Source of the DNA: a virus | Lineage: Duplodnaviria > Caudoviricetes | Virus record (IMG/VR): IMGVR_UViG_3300012971_000010 | Location: 1 to 45,436 of that record | Direction: 5' to 3' (one strand) | Length of the DNA: 45,436 bases | In this document: positions 8,758 to 17,220 of the stretch, piece by piece | Position numbering within the stretch: the first letter of the stretch is position 1 | Layout: each line of letters opens with the position of its first letter | Program-made: the position numbers and the translations under genes | The notes under the pieces: generated by a model | The model's database searches: none | Told to the model about the DNA's origin: nothing | The model's input: the letters and a program-made list of their open reading frames with translations, nothing else

Positions 8758-8845
8758 TGGTTAGCCCTCCGACGCGGCGGCGGAACCTAGCAGAAAAAGA
8801 TCCGCTTGACGACGCCCGTGCGCGGCGAGATGGTCGGCGAATCAA

Positions 8846-9148
8846 ATGGCGCTCTTCGAAATGCAATGGTTTGGCGATTCATGGGGCGCCCCGTGCAACG
8901 ATCCCGATTTGCGCGTCGACACGCCGATCGATCTGCCTTGCGTCCGATGCCGGGCGCCGATCGTCGGGGGCGATCGGGGCTTCCTCTTGCCGCACGTCGA
9001 GAGCCGGTTAGAGGGCTTCGATTTCGTGCCCGTGCAATTTCACACGCCGTACGGATTAACGAAAGCGTCTCACGTGACCTTCCGCCCGTTTCATCTCGGG
9101 TGCCTCTTGCAATCGCTCGGGATTGACGATGGCGATCAATTACTTTGA
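8846..9148 (+). CDS. Putative Zn-binding hypothetical protein
   Basis: CVRC...FHLGC motif. Confidence 0.6.
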   Translation: MALFEMQWFGDSWGAPCNDPDLRVDTPIDLPCVRCRAPIVGGDRGFLLPHVESRLEGFDFVPVQFHTPYGLTKASHVTFRPFHLGCLLQSLGIDDGDQLL

Positions 9149-9539
9149 CGGGTACGCCGACGCGGAACGCGAGATCGTCGCGTGGCTCGAGACACAAATC
9201 CCCGTGCCCGTTTGCCGCACGCTCGCGGTCAAGATCGCGGGCGGCGCGGCTCGACGCCACGCGGGGCGACCCGGGCCCGAGCCGACACGCTGGGAAATCC
9301 CCGTCAAGCTTCGAGACGAGCCCGACAACCTAGAAGCGGCGCAACGGGCGATTGCGACGCTTTCGGGGATCATCCCCCTCGGGCTCTTCGCGCTAGCGGA
9401 AGACGCCGGGCTCGTCGTTATGCCGATGATCCCCGTCGTCGAAGCGCAAGTCGTCAAGATTTGCGAAATGTTGCGGGCGCTCTTCGACGTCGGGGCGCCG
9501 ACGCCCCTAACCCCTAAGCCGAAATTGCGCTTGCAATGA
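9129..9539 (+). CDS. Hypothetical protein
   Basis: Overlaps neighbours in a tight operon; ATGA junction to macrodomain gene. Confidence 0.55.
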   Translation: MAINYFDGYADAEREIVAWLETQIPVPVCRTLAVKIAGGAARRHAGRPGPEPTRWEIPVKLRDEPDNLEAAQRAIATLSGIIPLGLFALAEDAGLVVMPMIPVVEAQVVKICEMLRALFDVGAPTPLTPKPKLRLQ

Positions 9540-10063
9540 TCCGCTTTGTTCTCGGCGACGCGACGATCCCCGAAGAGACGGGCGGGCCCCGTCTTATCGT
9601 GCACGTTTGCAATAATTGCGGGCTATGGGGCGCGGGCTTTACGCGGGCGCTTTCCGACCGATGGTCGCTTCCCGAGCGGATCTTCCGCGAGCGCACCGAG
9701 CTCGCCCGCGGGTCGCCGCCCCTTGGGAGCGTGCAAGTCGCCCGGATCGATTGGGACGAAACCGAGCGGCAACACATGCTCGCGGTCGTCAACATGATCG
9801 CCCAAGACGGCGTGCGAAGCGCGGCGCGCCCGTCGCCGATTAACTACGAAGCCTTAGGCATGTGTCTCGCGAGCGTGCGAGCCCTCGCCCTTTTGACGAC
9901 GCCCGCCGCGTCGGTCCATATGCCGCGGATCGGGTGCGGGCTCGCGGGCGGCAAATGGGGCCCCGTCTTTCGAATCATCAAAGGGGCGCTCGTCGACCCC
10001 GGGATCGACGTCGTCGTCTACGACAGACCGGGCGACGACGCGCACGAATGGAGGAAGCGATGA
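9536..10063 (+). CDS. Macrodomain ADP-ribose-processing protein (Poa1p/TARG1-like)
   Basis: GDAT, IVHVCNNCGLWGAGF, VNMIAQ, MPRIGCGLAGGKW motifs. Confidence 0.92.
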   Translation: MIRFVLGDATIPEETGGPRLIVHVCNNCGLWGAGFTRALSDRWSLPERIFRERTELARGSPPLGSVQVARIDWDETERQHMLAVVNMIAQDGVRSAARPSPINYEALGMCLASVRALALLTTPAASVHMPRIGCGLAGGKWGPVFRIIKGALVDPGIDVVVYDRPGDDAHEWRKR

Positions 10064-10109
10064 CCGACGAAGTTTTTCCTCGGGCTTCGCTTCGGAAGGG
10101 GCGCCCCTC

Positions 10110-10361
10110 ATGAGCGCCGCCGCCCTCATGCTAGAAACGTCGTCGGGGATCGCCATGAGTCAAGAGTCGCCCCCGTCGAGCGCCCGGCGCCGTTGCGGCG
10201 AAGCAATGCGCGCCCTTCGAGCGTGCACGCCCGACGAGCGAGCCGCCGTCTTGATTTGGTTTTGTCCGGTCTGCTTCTCGTACGTCGGCCCGGGCGAGGG
10301 CTTGCCCGTCGCCGTCGGTTTCGTGGGGGATTGTTCGATGCACGGGAAGCGCAAGCAATGA
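10110..10361 (+). CDS. Small Cys-containing hypothetical protein
   Basis: FCPVC motif; ATGA-coupled to next gene; start may be 10155. Confidence 0.5.
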   Translation: MSAAALMLETSSGIAMSQESPPSSARRRCGEAMRALRACTPDERAAVLIWFCPVCFSYVGPGEGLPVAVGFVGDCSMHGKRKQ

Positions 10362-10600
10362 CGCGCACACGCCCGCCGCGAGTTTACGAGCTCGACTTCG
10401 AGACGTGCGGCACGTTCATTTCAGACGAAGAGCCGGGAAACGGGGGGCGCGAGCTCTTCGACAACCCGAGGCGCCCCGCGGGCGCGGGCTGGCGACTCGT
10501 CGGCGTCGAGCGGTCGTTAAGGGACGGCGCGGCGGGAATGCATTTCTACTGGGAACGGCTCAAGACGGCTCGAGTCGTCCGACGCAAGGGCAAGAAATGA
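10358..10600 (+). CDS. Hypothetical protein
   Basis: ATGA overlaps at both ends. Confidence 0.55.
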   Translation: MTRTRPPRVYELDFETCGTFISDEEPGNGGRELFDNPRRPAGAGWRLVGVERSLRDGAAGMHFYWERLKTARVVRRKGKK

Positions 10601-10899
10601 GAATCTGTCCGGACGACTGGCACCCGATGATCCGATTTATCATCGGCAAACAAGCGATCGGCGCATGGCCAAACGGCGCGCGGGTGCGAAAGCTAACGGC
10701 CGACCCGGGCGACGGTCACGAGCCGGGCGCCCTCGGAACCGTGCGCGGCTCGATCGGCCCCGTCGAGGCGCCCGGGTACCCGATGGCTTTCGTCTACCTT
10801 CTCGAATGGGACGACTTGCCCGGGCTTCCCGTCCTTTGCGCCGAGCTCAATATCCGCGGCGAGATGCGACTAGGGCTCGACGAGGCGCCGCCCTCGTGA
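10597..10899 (+). CDS. Hypothetical protein (SH3/KOW-like beta pattern)
   Basis: ATGA start; G.RVRK....G..G.V...Y.LEWD pattern. Confidence 0.6.
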   Translation: MRICPDDWHPMIRFIIGKQAIGAWPNGARVRKLTADPGDGHEPGALGTVRGSIGPVEAPGYPMAFVYLLEWDDLPGLPVLCAELNIRGEMRLGLDEAPPS

Positions 10900-11156
10900 C
10901 CCCGCACGAAGCCGATCTTTTGCTCGCGGGCATGGCGACGGGGGCGATCGGCTCGACGCTCTTTCATTGGCTGAAAGAGTCGCGGCGGCTCGCCGACCTC
11001 GAAGCGGCGCGAAACGAATCGTTTCGCCGTGCGCTCGTCGTTGTCGCCCGGGCGCTCGGGCTCTCGTGCCGCAATGCCGCGACCGTGCCCGAGGTCGAGC
11101 GGATGATCCGCGAGCACGCCGAAGCGCTCGAACGAACGATCGCCGAGCTCGAATGA
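10896..11156 (+). CDS. Hypothetical protein with N-terminal hydrophobic segment
   Basis: GTGA-coupled start; LLLAGMATGAIGSTLFHWL. Confidence 0.5.
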   Translation: MTPHEADLLLAGMATGAIGSTLFHWLKESRRLADLEAARNESFRRALVVVARALGLSCRNAATVPEVERMIREHAEALERTIAELE

Positions 11157-11364
11157 AGCGCGGGATCTACATTTCCGAACGATCGCGGATCGCGGGGGAA
11201 GCGGTCCGCCTACTCCGCGTCGTGTGAAGGGGTCAAAGTGAATCCGTTTACCCGCACCAACATTGTCGGCCGACTAGCAGGATCATCGGTCATTTGTGGC
11301 GTTAATTCGGGCGCAACGGATCGGCACAACCGAGCGTAATCATTGAACGCCGACCAATCTTGCG

Positions 11365-11389
11365 CGGGTTCGATTCCCGGCGCCTCCAC
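11365..11389 (+). mobile_element. attP core: copy of a tmRNA (ssrA)-type 3' end
   Basis: CGGG-TTCGATT-CCCG T-arm then CGCCTCC-A acceptor strand; non-coding gap near the integrase; no 5' half present. Confidence 0.8.
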
Positions 11390-11414
11390 TGGAAATCATT
11401 AGGTTTTTTGACGA

Positions 11415-11435
11415 GAGTAAACACCGGAGTAAACA
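11415..11435 (+). repeat. Putative integrase arm-type sites (GAGTAAACA x2)
   Basis: GAGTAAACA at 11415-11423 and 11427-11435; inverted near-copy GTTTACCC at 11246-11253. Confidence 0.6.
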
Positions 11436-11486
11436 TTTGCTAGGATCATGGGACCGGGGCAAGGTGCCCCGCAAGGTAGGGAAACC

Positions 11487-11918
11487 ATGAAACAAGCAAC
11501 GATAGGGATGGCGCTCGGCGACGCTCTTCGAAGGAAACGGGCATCGATGCGAGCGGGGCTTCGAGATCTTCGCTCGCTCGCATCGGCCGAGCTCGAAGCG
11601 GGCGACCGTGGCGCATTTGGTAAGAGCAACGGGGGGCGCGCTCGGTGGGTCGACATTCAACGGGCGATCGAATTTCTCGATTGGCTCGACCAGGGCGGCG
11701 ACGAGCTCGCGCTAAACCTCGGGAACCTAATCGACCCCGACCGACGGCGGGCGCTCGCCGATTACTTCGGGCAGTCGACCATCTCGAACCGATCGATCGT
11801 CGGCTGGGCTTTCGACGAGCTCGGCGCAACGCTCGACGGAATGTTGGCGGATTATGAAGCCGAGAAGGAAGCCACGGCGCGCAAGGGCACGGGCAAAACC
11901 ATTCGGAGGGCGCGCTAA
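11487..11918 (+). CDS. Hypothetical protein coupled to the integrase
   Basis: AGGGA RBS before ATG 11487; TAATG overlap with integrase start. Confidence 0.65.
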   Translation: MKQATIGMALGDALRRKRASMRAGLRDLRSLASAELEAGDRGAFGKSNGGRARWVDIQRAIEFLDWLDQGGDELALNLGNLIDPDRRRALADYFGQSTISNRSIVGWAFDELGATLDGMLADYEAEKEATARKGTGKTIRRAR

Positions 11919-13192
11919 TGGCCGTCGTCGATCGTCACCTGAAAAACCGGACAATCGTCTACTACGTAACCAACCGGCTCAAGACGGGCGCGCAAGTGTG
12001 GGAACACTTGGGCACCGACAAGCGCAAAGCCGAGCGGCGCGACTCGGCAATGAAGCGAGAGATCGCCGAAAACCGATACCAGGGCACGCCGTCTAGCGAG
12101 ATGACCGTGGGCACGTACGCCGACCTTTTCTTCCCCGCGATCACCAATCGCACGGCCGAAGACGAGCGGGGTTGGTGGTACAACCATGTCGCGAAACGGT
12201 GCCCTTGGTTTCTCGCGATTCGTCTCGACGACCTCGACTTGGGCGGCGCGAAGCACGTGATCAAATTGCTCGCCGAGCTTCGAAAGCCGTACGAGTCACT
12301 TCAAAATCAGCGCAAGGGAAAGATCGTCGAGCTCGGGCAAAAGTCGATCTTCAACATTTATGGCGTCGTGCAACGGCTTTTCCGGCAAGCGCGCGTGGAA
12401 GGTCTCATGCGTGGCAACCCGTGCGAGCTTCCCGCCGAGCTCACGCCGAGCAACCGAGCCCGCTCGAAGCGCAAGCCCTACACGGGGGATGAGGTCGTAA
12501 CGCTCACGACCGACGAGCGGATTCGGCTCGACGCCCGCATGTGGATCGCTCTCGCGTTTTACACGGGCGAGCGCGAGGGCGAAGTGTGCGGGCACAAATT
12601 CAAGGATTACGACCCGGGCCCGTCCCCGCTCGGCTCGCTCTTGGTCGAGCGGCAATATGACGGCGCCATGCTCAAGACGTCGACGATCATCCGCGGGGAA
12701 AAGCCGCGGATCGTCCCCGTCCACCCGACGCTCGCGGCAATGCTCGACGATTGGAAAGAGCGGGGCTTCGAGCTCGTCTTCTGCCGCAAGCCGACGCCCG
12801 AAGATTTCATCGTCCCATGTCGAGCTCGGGAAGCCCGCAACCATACCCGATCGAGCGCCTACAAGATGTTTCAAGCGGCGTGCGAGGTCGTCGAGATCGA
12901 GTCGCACACGGTCCACGCCACGCGAAATACGTTCATTTCGTTCTGTCGCCGGGCAAGGTGCGACGTCGCCGCGCTCGAACGGGTGACCCACAATTCATCG
13001 GGGGACGTGATCGACGCGTACACCGATTTCGATTGGGAATCGCTTTGCGACGCCGTTTCTATGTTCATGACGCGGCCGATCCCGTCGCCGACGGCCCCCC
13101 GCGCCAAGCTACACCTTGTGACTGGCGATCCACGCCAGAACGTCGGCGCGAGAAAATCGAAGGTGACTTCCCACACGGCCAAACACGGGTAG
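11918..13192 (+). CDS. int: Tyrosine integrase
   Basis: Catalytic set R (YTGEREGE), K (LKT), HxxR (HATRNT), H (VTHN), Y (IDAYT); N-terminal arm-binding region; adjacent attP. Confidence 0.92.
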   Translation: MAVVDRHLKNRTIVYYVTNRLKTGAQVWEHLGTDKRKAERRDSAMKREIAENRYQGTPSSEMTVGTYADLFFPAITNRTAEDERGWWYNHVAKRCPWFLAIRLDDLDLGGAKHVIKLLAELRKPYESLQNQRKGKIVELGQKSIFNIYGVVQRLFRQARVEGLMRGNPCELPAELTPSNRARSKRKPYTGDEVVTLTTDERIRLDARMWIALAFYTGEREGEVCGHKFKDYDPGPSPLGSLLVERQYDGAMLKTSTIIRGEKPRIVPVHPTLAAMLDDWKERGFELVFCRKPTPEDFIVPCRAREARNHTRSSAYKMFQAACEVVEIESHTVHATRNTFISFCRRARCDVAALERVTHNSSGDVIDAYTDFDWESLCDAVSMFMTRPIPSPTAPRAKLHLVTGDPRQNVGARKSKVTSHTAKHG

Positions 13193-13384
13193 CCCCTTTT
13201 CCCGAGCGTATCGGGGCACCGTCTCGCGATGGACCCCTAGAAGCTCGGCGACCTGTTCAGCGTTCAAAATATCGGGCGCCTCGCGAGGGGCGCCCGTTTT
13301 TTTCATGGCGTCGACGAGCTCTTCGCGGATGAGCGCCCGTAATTCTCCAGTCGTGAGCGTAACGGCGAGCGGCTCTTTAGTCAT
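13109..13384 (-). CDS. xis: Excisionase-type winged-HTH protein
   Basis: ILNAEQVAELLGVHRETV.RY....GLP....G..LRF.RADV.AW. Confidence 0.85.
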   Translation of the reverse strand: MTKEPLAVTLTTGELRALIREELVDAMKKTGAPREAPDILNAEQVAELLGVHRETVPRYAREKGLPVFGRVGSHLRFSRADVLAWIASHKV

Positions 13385-13755
13385 CGGTCAACCTTGGGGC
13401 GGTCGTGCCATTGGTGCCAGCATTCCCGCGCACGGTCTCGCCACATGGCCCGCGCCCCCTCGTCGAGATCGTTAGCGAAGCCCAAAAATCCGAACGTGTA
13501 GCAATGAAAGATCGCGGGGCTATCGTCGTCCGAATCGACGACGACGCCGACGGGCAGGGTTTCGGGCGGGTCGGGCGGCTCGCCCCCTTCCCCTTCCCAG
13601 CGATACTCAAATTGCGCCGTCCCCCATGCGACGACGGGAAGGTAGGTCGCCCCCGTCGGTTCCGTCGAGTACGGTTCCCAGCGAATCCCGTACCAGCCCG
13701 GCGCCGCTTGGCACAGAACACGATTAAGAGTCACCTTCGGCGGAATGTCGATCAC
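13381..13755 (-). CDS. Hypothetical protein
   Basis: GTGA-coupled start at 13755; ATGA junction with xis. Confidence 0.6.
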   Translation of the reverse strand: MIDIPPKVTLNRVLCQAAPGWYGIRWEPYSTEPTGATYLPVVAWGTAQFEYRWEGEGGEPPDPPETLPVGVVVDSDDDSPAIFHCYTFGFLGFANDLDEGARAMWRDRARECWHQWHDRPKVDR

Positions 13756-14726
13756 TTCCCCTCGCCCCGATCTTCCCCCTTGCTCGGGGTCCATCCGCAA
13801 GCGGGCACGATATCGGCGCCGGGCGTATTCGGGATCTTGAGCGCCCGCCGCTTCGCACAGAAAGCCCGCAAGCCCATTTCGCCCGTCGAGACGTAAGCGA
13901 GCTTCATATGTGTAAAGTGAAACCGAAGGCATGTGAGCGACGCGAGCACGATATCCCATGAGCGGGCGCCGCGGTTTCGCTCGCTCCATGATCGGAACGC
14001 GTACGCCGGATGACCCTTCGAGATCATTTCCCCCGACGCGACCTTAACCGCGAAATCGATGGCGAGCTCGCGATCGACGGGCATAGCCCACACGAGCGCG
14101 GCGAGCACGGGGCCCTTTAGCTTCGAGCGCCCGGGAATGGTCGAGAGAACCGTAAGGCTCTCGGTGTGCCGCTCGTGCGCTTCCTCGGCGTCGTTTACGG
14201 TCATCGGCGTATGAAGGGGGAAGCCCGCTTCAAGCATGCGAAGCATGTTCAAACATGCCGCGTCTTTGTTCCCCATGCCGAGAATCGTTCCGACCGACCT
14301 CGGGCGCACCCGATCGATCGGATCGTGAAAGTCGCCCCCCGCATTGCGAATCACCAGCATTTTAACGGTCGCCCCCGATTGTACGACCGCATGGAGCCTA
14401 TGCTGCCCGTCGATCAAGCGGTCGTGCGCGTCGAAGCAAATCCCTTGGTGCGTGAGACGCCACGCCCCCGATCGCATGTCGTTTGCGAAAGCCTCGACGT
14501 TTCGCCAATTGATCGGCCGATTGCCCTCATGATTTCGCTCGAGCCATTTTCCCGCGAGCTCGGGCGTTACGTCGACGACCTCGATCGCGAGCGGATTGCT
14601 AGGGGACGGCGGCGGCGGCTCGACCGCTCGAAGCGGCGGCGGCGGCGCCGCGGGGAGCGGCTTCGGTACGGCGTGAAGCTTCATCTTGTGTCGTCGTTGC
14701 ATGGCCCTCTTTTCCTTTCGTCTCAT
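13752..14726 (-). CDS. ParB/Srx-fold (DGQHR-motif) phage protein
   Basis: VTPELA..WL.RN..NRP......A.DM..G.W....QGI.FD....LIDGQHRL.A; ATGA start 14726. Confidence 0.8.
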   Translation of the reverse strand: MRRKEKRAMQRRHKMKLHAVPKPLPAAPPPPLRAVEPPPPSPSNPLAIEVVDVTPELAGKWLERNHEGNRPINWRNVEAFANDMRSGAWRLTHQGICFDAHDRLIDGQHRLHAVVQSGATVKMLVIRNAGGDFHDPIDRVRPRSVGTILGMGNKDAACLNMLRMLEAGFPLHTPMTVNDAEEAHERHTESLTVLSTIPGRSKLKGPVLAALVWAMPVDRELAIDFAVKVASGEMISKGHPAYAFRSWSERNRGARSWDIVLASLTCLRFHFTHMKLAYVSTGEMGLRAFCAKRRALKIPNTPGADIVPACGWTPSKGEDRGEGK

Positions 14727-14995
14727 GCCGAAACCTCGGCGGGTAGTTTCGCCGGATCGATTCGCCATCCACCGATCCCCTGCTTCCCCTTGACCGTTAC
14801 GATCTGCGACCCGTCGGATCGGCGAAACGAAATGTGATGGCGTGTTAACTGTTCCCATTGCCCGACGGGCGAAGCCTCGAAGGTTCCGTGCGCCGCGCTT
14901 CGGGTAAGGGAATGGATCTCGACGACGAGCGGGTAAGCCGCTTGCCCTTTCTGCAATGGCAAGGTGAACACGGCGCGAAGGGGGATCGCTTTCAT
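14723..14995 (-). CDS. Hypothetical protein
   Basis: ATGA overlaps at both ends. Confidence 0.6.
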   Translation of the reverse strand: MKAIPLRAVFTLPLQKGQAAYPLVVEIHSLTRSAAHGTFEASPVGQWEQLTRHHISFRRSDGSQIVTVKGKQGIGGWRIDPAKLPAEVSA

Positions 14996-15288
14996 CGGCC
15001 CGGCCCCTTCGACGACGCTTTCGATTTCGCGCCGCGCCGCCCGAGGTCGGCCATATGCGCCCGGTCACTCGAGACGACTTCGCCGCCCTTTTTACCGATC
15101 TTCCCCATGTACTCGGGCCCGCGAGCCGCCGTCTTCGCGCCGCCCGAATGGCCCGCCGCCGTCGCTTCCGCCTTCGACCAACGGTGAGCGTTGCCACTTT
15201 CTTTCGCCGCCCGCCCGCCCTTCGAGGCGATTTCCGCTAACCGCTCGGGGGCGAGCGAGGCGAAGCCCTTTCGCTTATCGTTTGCCAT
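14992..15288 (-). CDS. KGG-repeat general stress protein (YciG/GsiB-like)
   Basis: RKGFAS..PER..EIASKGG, IGKKGG, LGRRG repeats. Confidence 0.88.
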   Translation of the reverse strand: MANDKRKGFASLAPERLAEIASKGGRAAKESGNAHRWSKAEATAAGHSGGAKTAARGPEYMGKIGKKGGEVVSSDRAHMADLGRRGAKSKASSKGPGR

Positions 15289-15763
15289 TAGCATTCCCTT
15301 CCCCCGCTCCTAAGAGCGGCATTTGACCCGACGCGTAAGCCTCTTCGAGAGCGGGGCGCAAAAGCTCGTAAACGCTTCGCCCGTCGGGTAATGCGACATC
15401 GGCCAAGAATTCCCGCTCGACCGTCGATAGCTCTAAGCCGATCAATTGAAGCTTGGCCTTTACAATCAAGACGACGCCACGCCATCGCGATCGGCAAGCT
15501 TGCTCGTGTCGGCGCACGACCTCTTGGGGCGGAAGGGGGCGACCGCGCGGATCTCTTTTGAAAGCGTCTTCCTTCGGCAGGGGGACCTTTAGGCGGATAG
15601 CTCGCCCGTCGAGGCGGAAGTAAACGACGGCCGATCCCGCCGCGTCGTCGGTCGCCGTTCCGTACTGAGACGCGCCCGAGCGCCGCAAAATCCGTTCGAG
15701 CTCGGCCTTGGTGCGCTCGACTGAGACGGTCGTGCCCGCGGCGTATTCGAGAGCCGTGCTCAT
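15275..15763 (-). CDS. Conserved phage hypothetical protein
   Basis: YAAGTTVSVE.TK.E.E.IL...WR...L.VKAKL......EFLA...LPDG pattern, recalled from phage early regions. Confidence 0.75.
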   Translation of the reverse strand: MSTALEYAAGTTVSVERTKAELERILRRSGASQYGTATDDAAGSAVVYFRLDGRAIRLKVPLPKEDAFKRDPRGRPLPPQEVVRRHEQACRSRWRGVVLIVKAKLQLIGLELSTVEREFLADVALPDGRSVYELLRPALEEAYASGQMPLLGAGEGNANGKR

Positions 15764-16104
15764 GGCCCGATCCTTCGAAATTCGGGCCATAACCCGAGCC
15801 GCTTCGCCCGGTCGATCCCGATCTCCATGCCGCGGGTCACGCCGTGATCGCCGTAGACGACGATTCGATCGGCGACATCTTGCCACATGAAACCGGCCCG
15901 CATGCCGAGCTCACGATCGACGGGCGAATTATCGTCGAGCCCTTGCGGGTAGAGCAAATGCGAAAGGAAGGGCGCTTCGCCTCGTCGAAGCGACTCGACC
16001 ATTGCGCGGCGAGCGTAGACGAGATTTCGTTTCACTTCCTCGGGCGGCGCGCGGGTACCGTCGAGCCGCGAGCCGAACGGCGATTCAATGCAAACGCGGA
16101 TCAT
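15760..16104 (-). CDS. Nucleoside 2-deoxyribosyltransferase-like fold protein
   Basis: VCIESPF...N..YAR......GEAP..SHLLYPQ.LDD....R..G....D.IVVY.D.G.T.GM. Confidence 0.75.
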   Translation of the reverse strand: MIRVCIESPFGSRLDGTRAPPEEVKRNLVYARRAMVESLRRGEAPFLSHLLYPQGLDDNSPVDRELGMRAGFMWQDVADRIVVYGDHGVTRGMEIGIDRAKRLGLWPEFRRIGP

Positions 16105-16345
16105 CGCAAAGCCCTTCCTTTTCTCGGCCCGGTCTGCCCGGGCAGTCGGATCGATGGATGATGATTTCGTGTGAGCCCTTCCATGTAACGCCGCAATTCG
16201 GGCACCGACACGACACGACCAGGGCGAGCGGCATGCACGCCCGAAGCGAGCTCGAATCAATGATCAAAGTGTCGAGCATGACGACCGTTTGCAAATAGCC
16301 GCATTCGCATTTCTGAAATTCGCGGCGCTCGATCGGATGGCTCAT
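16085..16345 (-). CDS. Small Zn-finger protein
   Basis: CECG...CPNCG motifs; ATGA-coupled start. Confidence 0.55.
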   Translation of the reverse strand: MSHPIERREFQKCECGYLQTVVMLDTLIIDSSSLRACMPLALVVSCRCPNCGVTWKGSHEIIIHRSDCPGRPGREKEGLCDDPRLH

Positions 16346-17220
16346 CCGTCGGATCCCGGCTCGCGGGGCGCTTCCTTCGGCGCGGGCGGCGGCGGCGGCT
16401 CGACGGGCTTCGGCGCCCCCTTGATCGAGATCCGCTTCCCGTCGTCGGCGGGCGCGGCGGGCGCGGCGCCGACGGTCACGGGCGGGAAGAGCTCGTCGAT
16501 CGTCCCCTCGCCATTTTTTAGCGCGGTCCCCAACCCGATTAGCTCGGTAACCTTCTCAAGATCGACATCTTCGATCCCCTTGACCCCGAGCCGGGCGAAG
16601 ATCCGATCGGGCGGAACGCCGCGCTTTTGCAAGCGCTCGACGACCTTCGCGCGCCGATCGGCGAGCGTCTCAGCATTCCCGACGGCGACGGCGCGCACCT
16701 TCTCGAAGACTTGGTTAATGTACGCCCGCGGCACGACCGAAAAGATCGCGTTGCGCCGGGCGATCGAGGCGGCGGCATTGCCCGTCGTTATCACCATATC
16801 GTCGGAGTATCGACCCCGCTTGCCCGTGATCTTCCGTTGCACCTCGATCGTCATTCGCAAGTTTTTTTGAAGATCCCAGCATGCCCCTTGGGCGGTAACG
16901 GTGCGCTCGTCTTCGTCGACGATCCGCGAAGCAATGTGAAGGTTTCCCCATGCGTGCGCGCAAATCTCGGCGAGCCGAATCGACGGCCCCGTGATTAGCT
17001 TGCCCTCGCGGGGGACGGTGAAAATGCAGGCTTCGGCGGTCTCGACGCTTAGGGTCGCGAGCGTTTCCGCCTCTTGCAGAAATGCCGCGGGCGAGCGCGG
17101 GAAACGGTGCGCCGCCGCTAGCTGGGCTTCGACCTCGCTTCGGGCAATCGCCCCCATGGTCGACGGCGATACGACGATCGCTTCGGTTGCGGTACGCTCT
17201 TCGATGGCTTCGGCATTCAT
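16342..17220 (-). CDS. Putative single-strand annealing/recombination protein
   Basis: AxRFPR...PRxGK.I.GPSIRLAE.....WGN...WDL.KN pattern; ATGA-coupled to the exonuclease; function inferred from synteny. Confidence 0.6.
   Translation of the reverse strand: MNAEAIEERTATEAIVVSPSTMGAIARSEVEAQLAAAHRFPRSPAAFLQEAETLATLSVETAEACIFTVPREGKLITGPSIRLAEICAHAWGNLHIASRIVDEDERTVTAQGACWDLQKNLRMTIEVQRKITGKRGRYSDDMVITTGNAAASIARRNAIFSVVPRAYINQVFEKVRAVAVGNAETLADRRAKVVERLQKRGVPPDRIFARLGVKGIEDVDLEKVTELIGLGTALKNGEGTIDELFPPVTVGAAPAAPADDGKRISIKGAPKPVEPPPPPAPKEAPREPGSDG

Noticed and set aside
11355-11395. Full tRNA or tmRNA gene
   Set aside because: Only the T-arm and 3' acceptor strand are present; no matching 5' strand, D-arm or anticodon arm upstream
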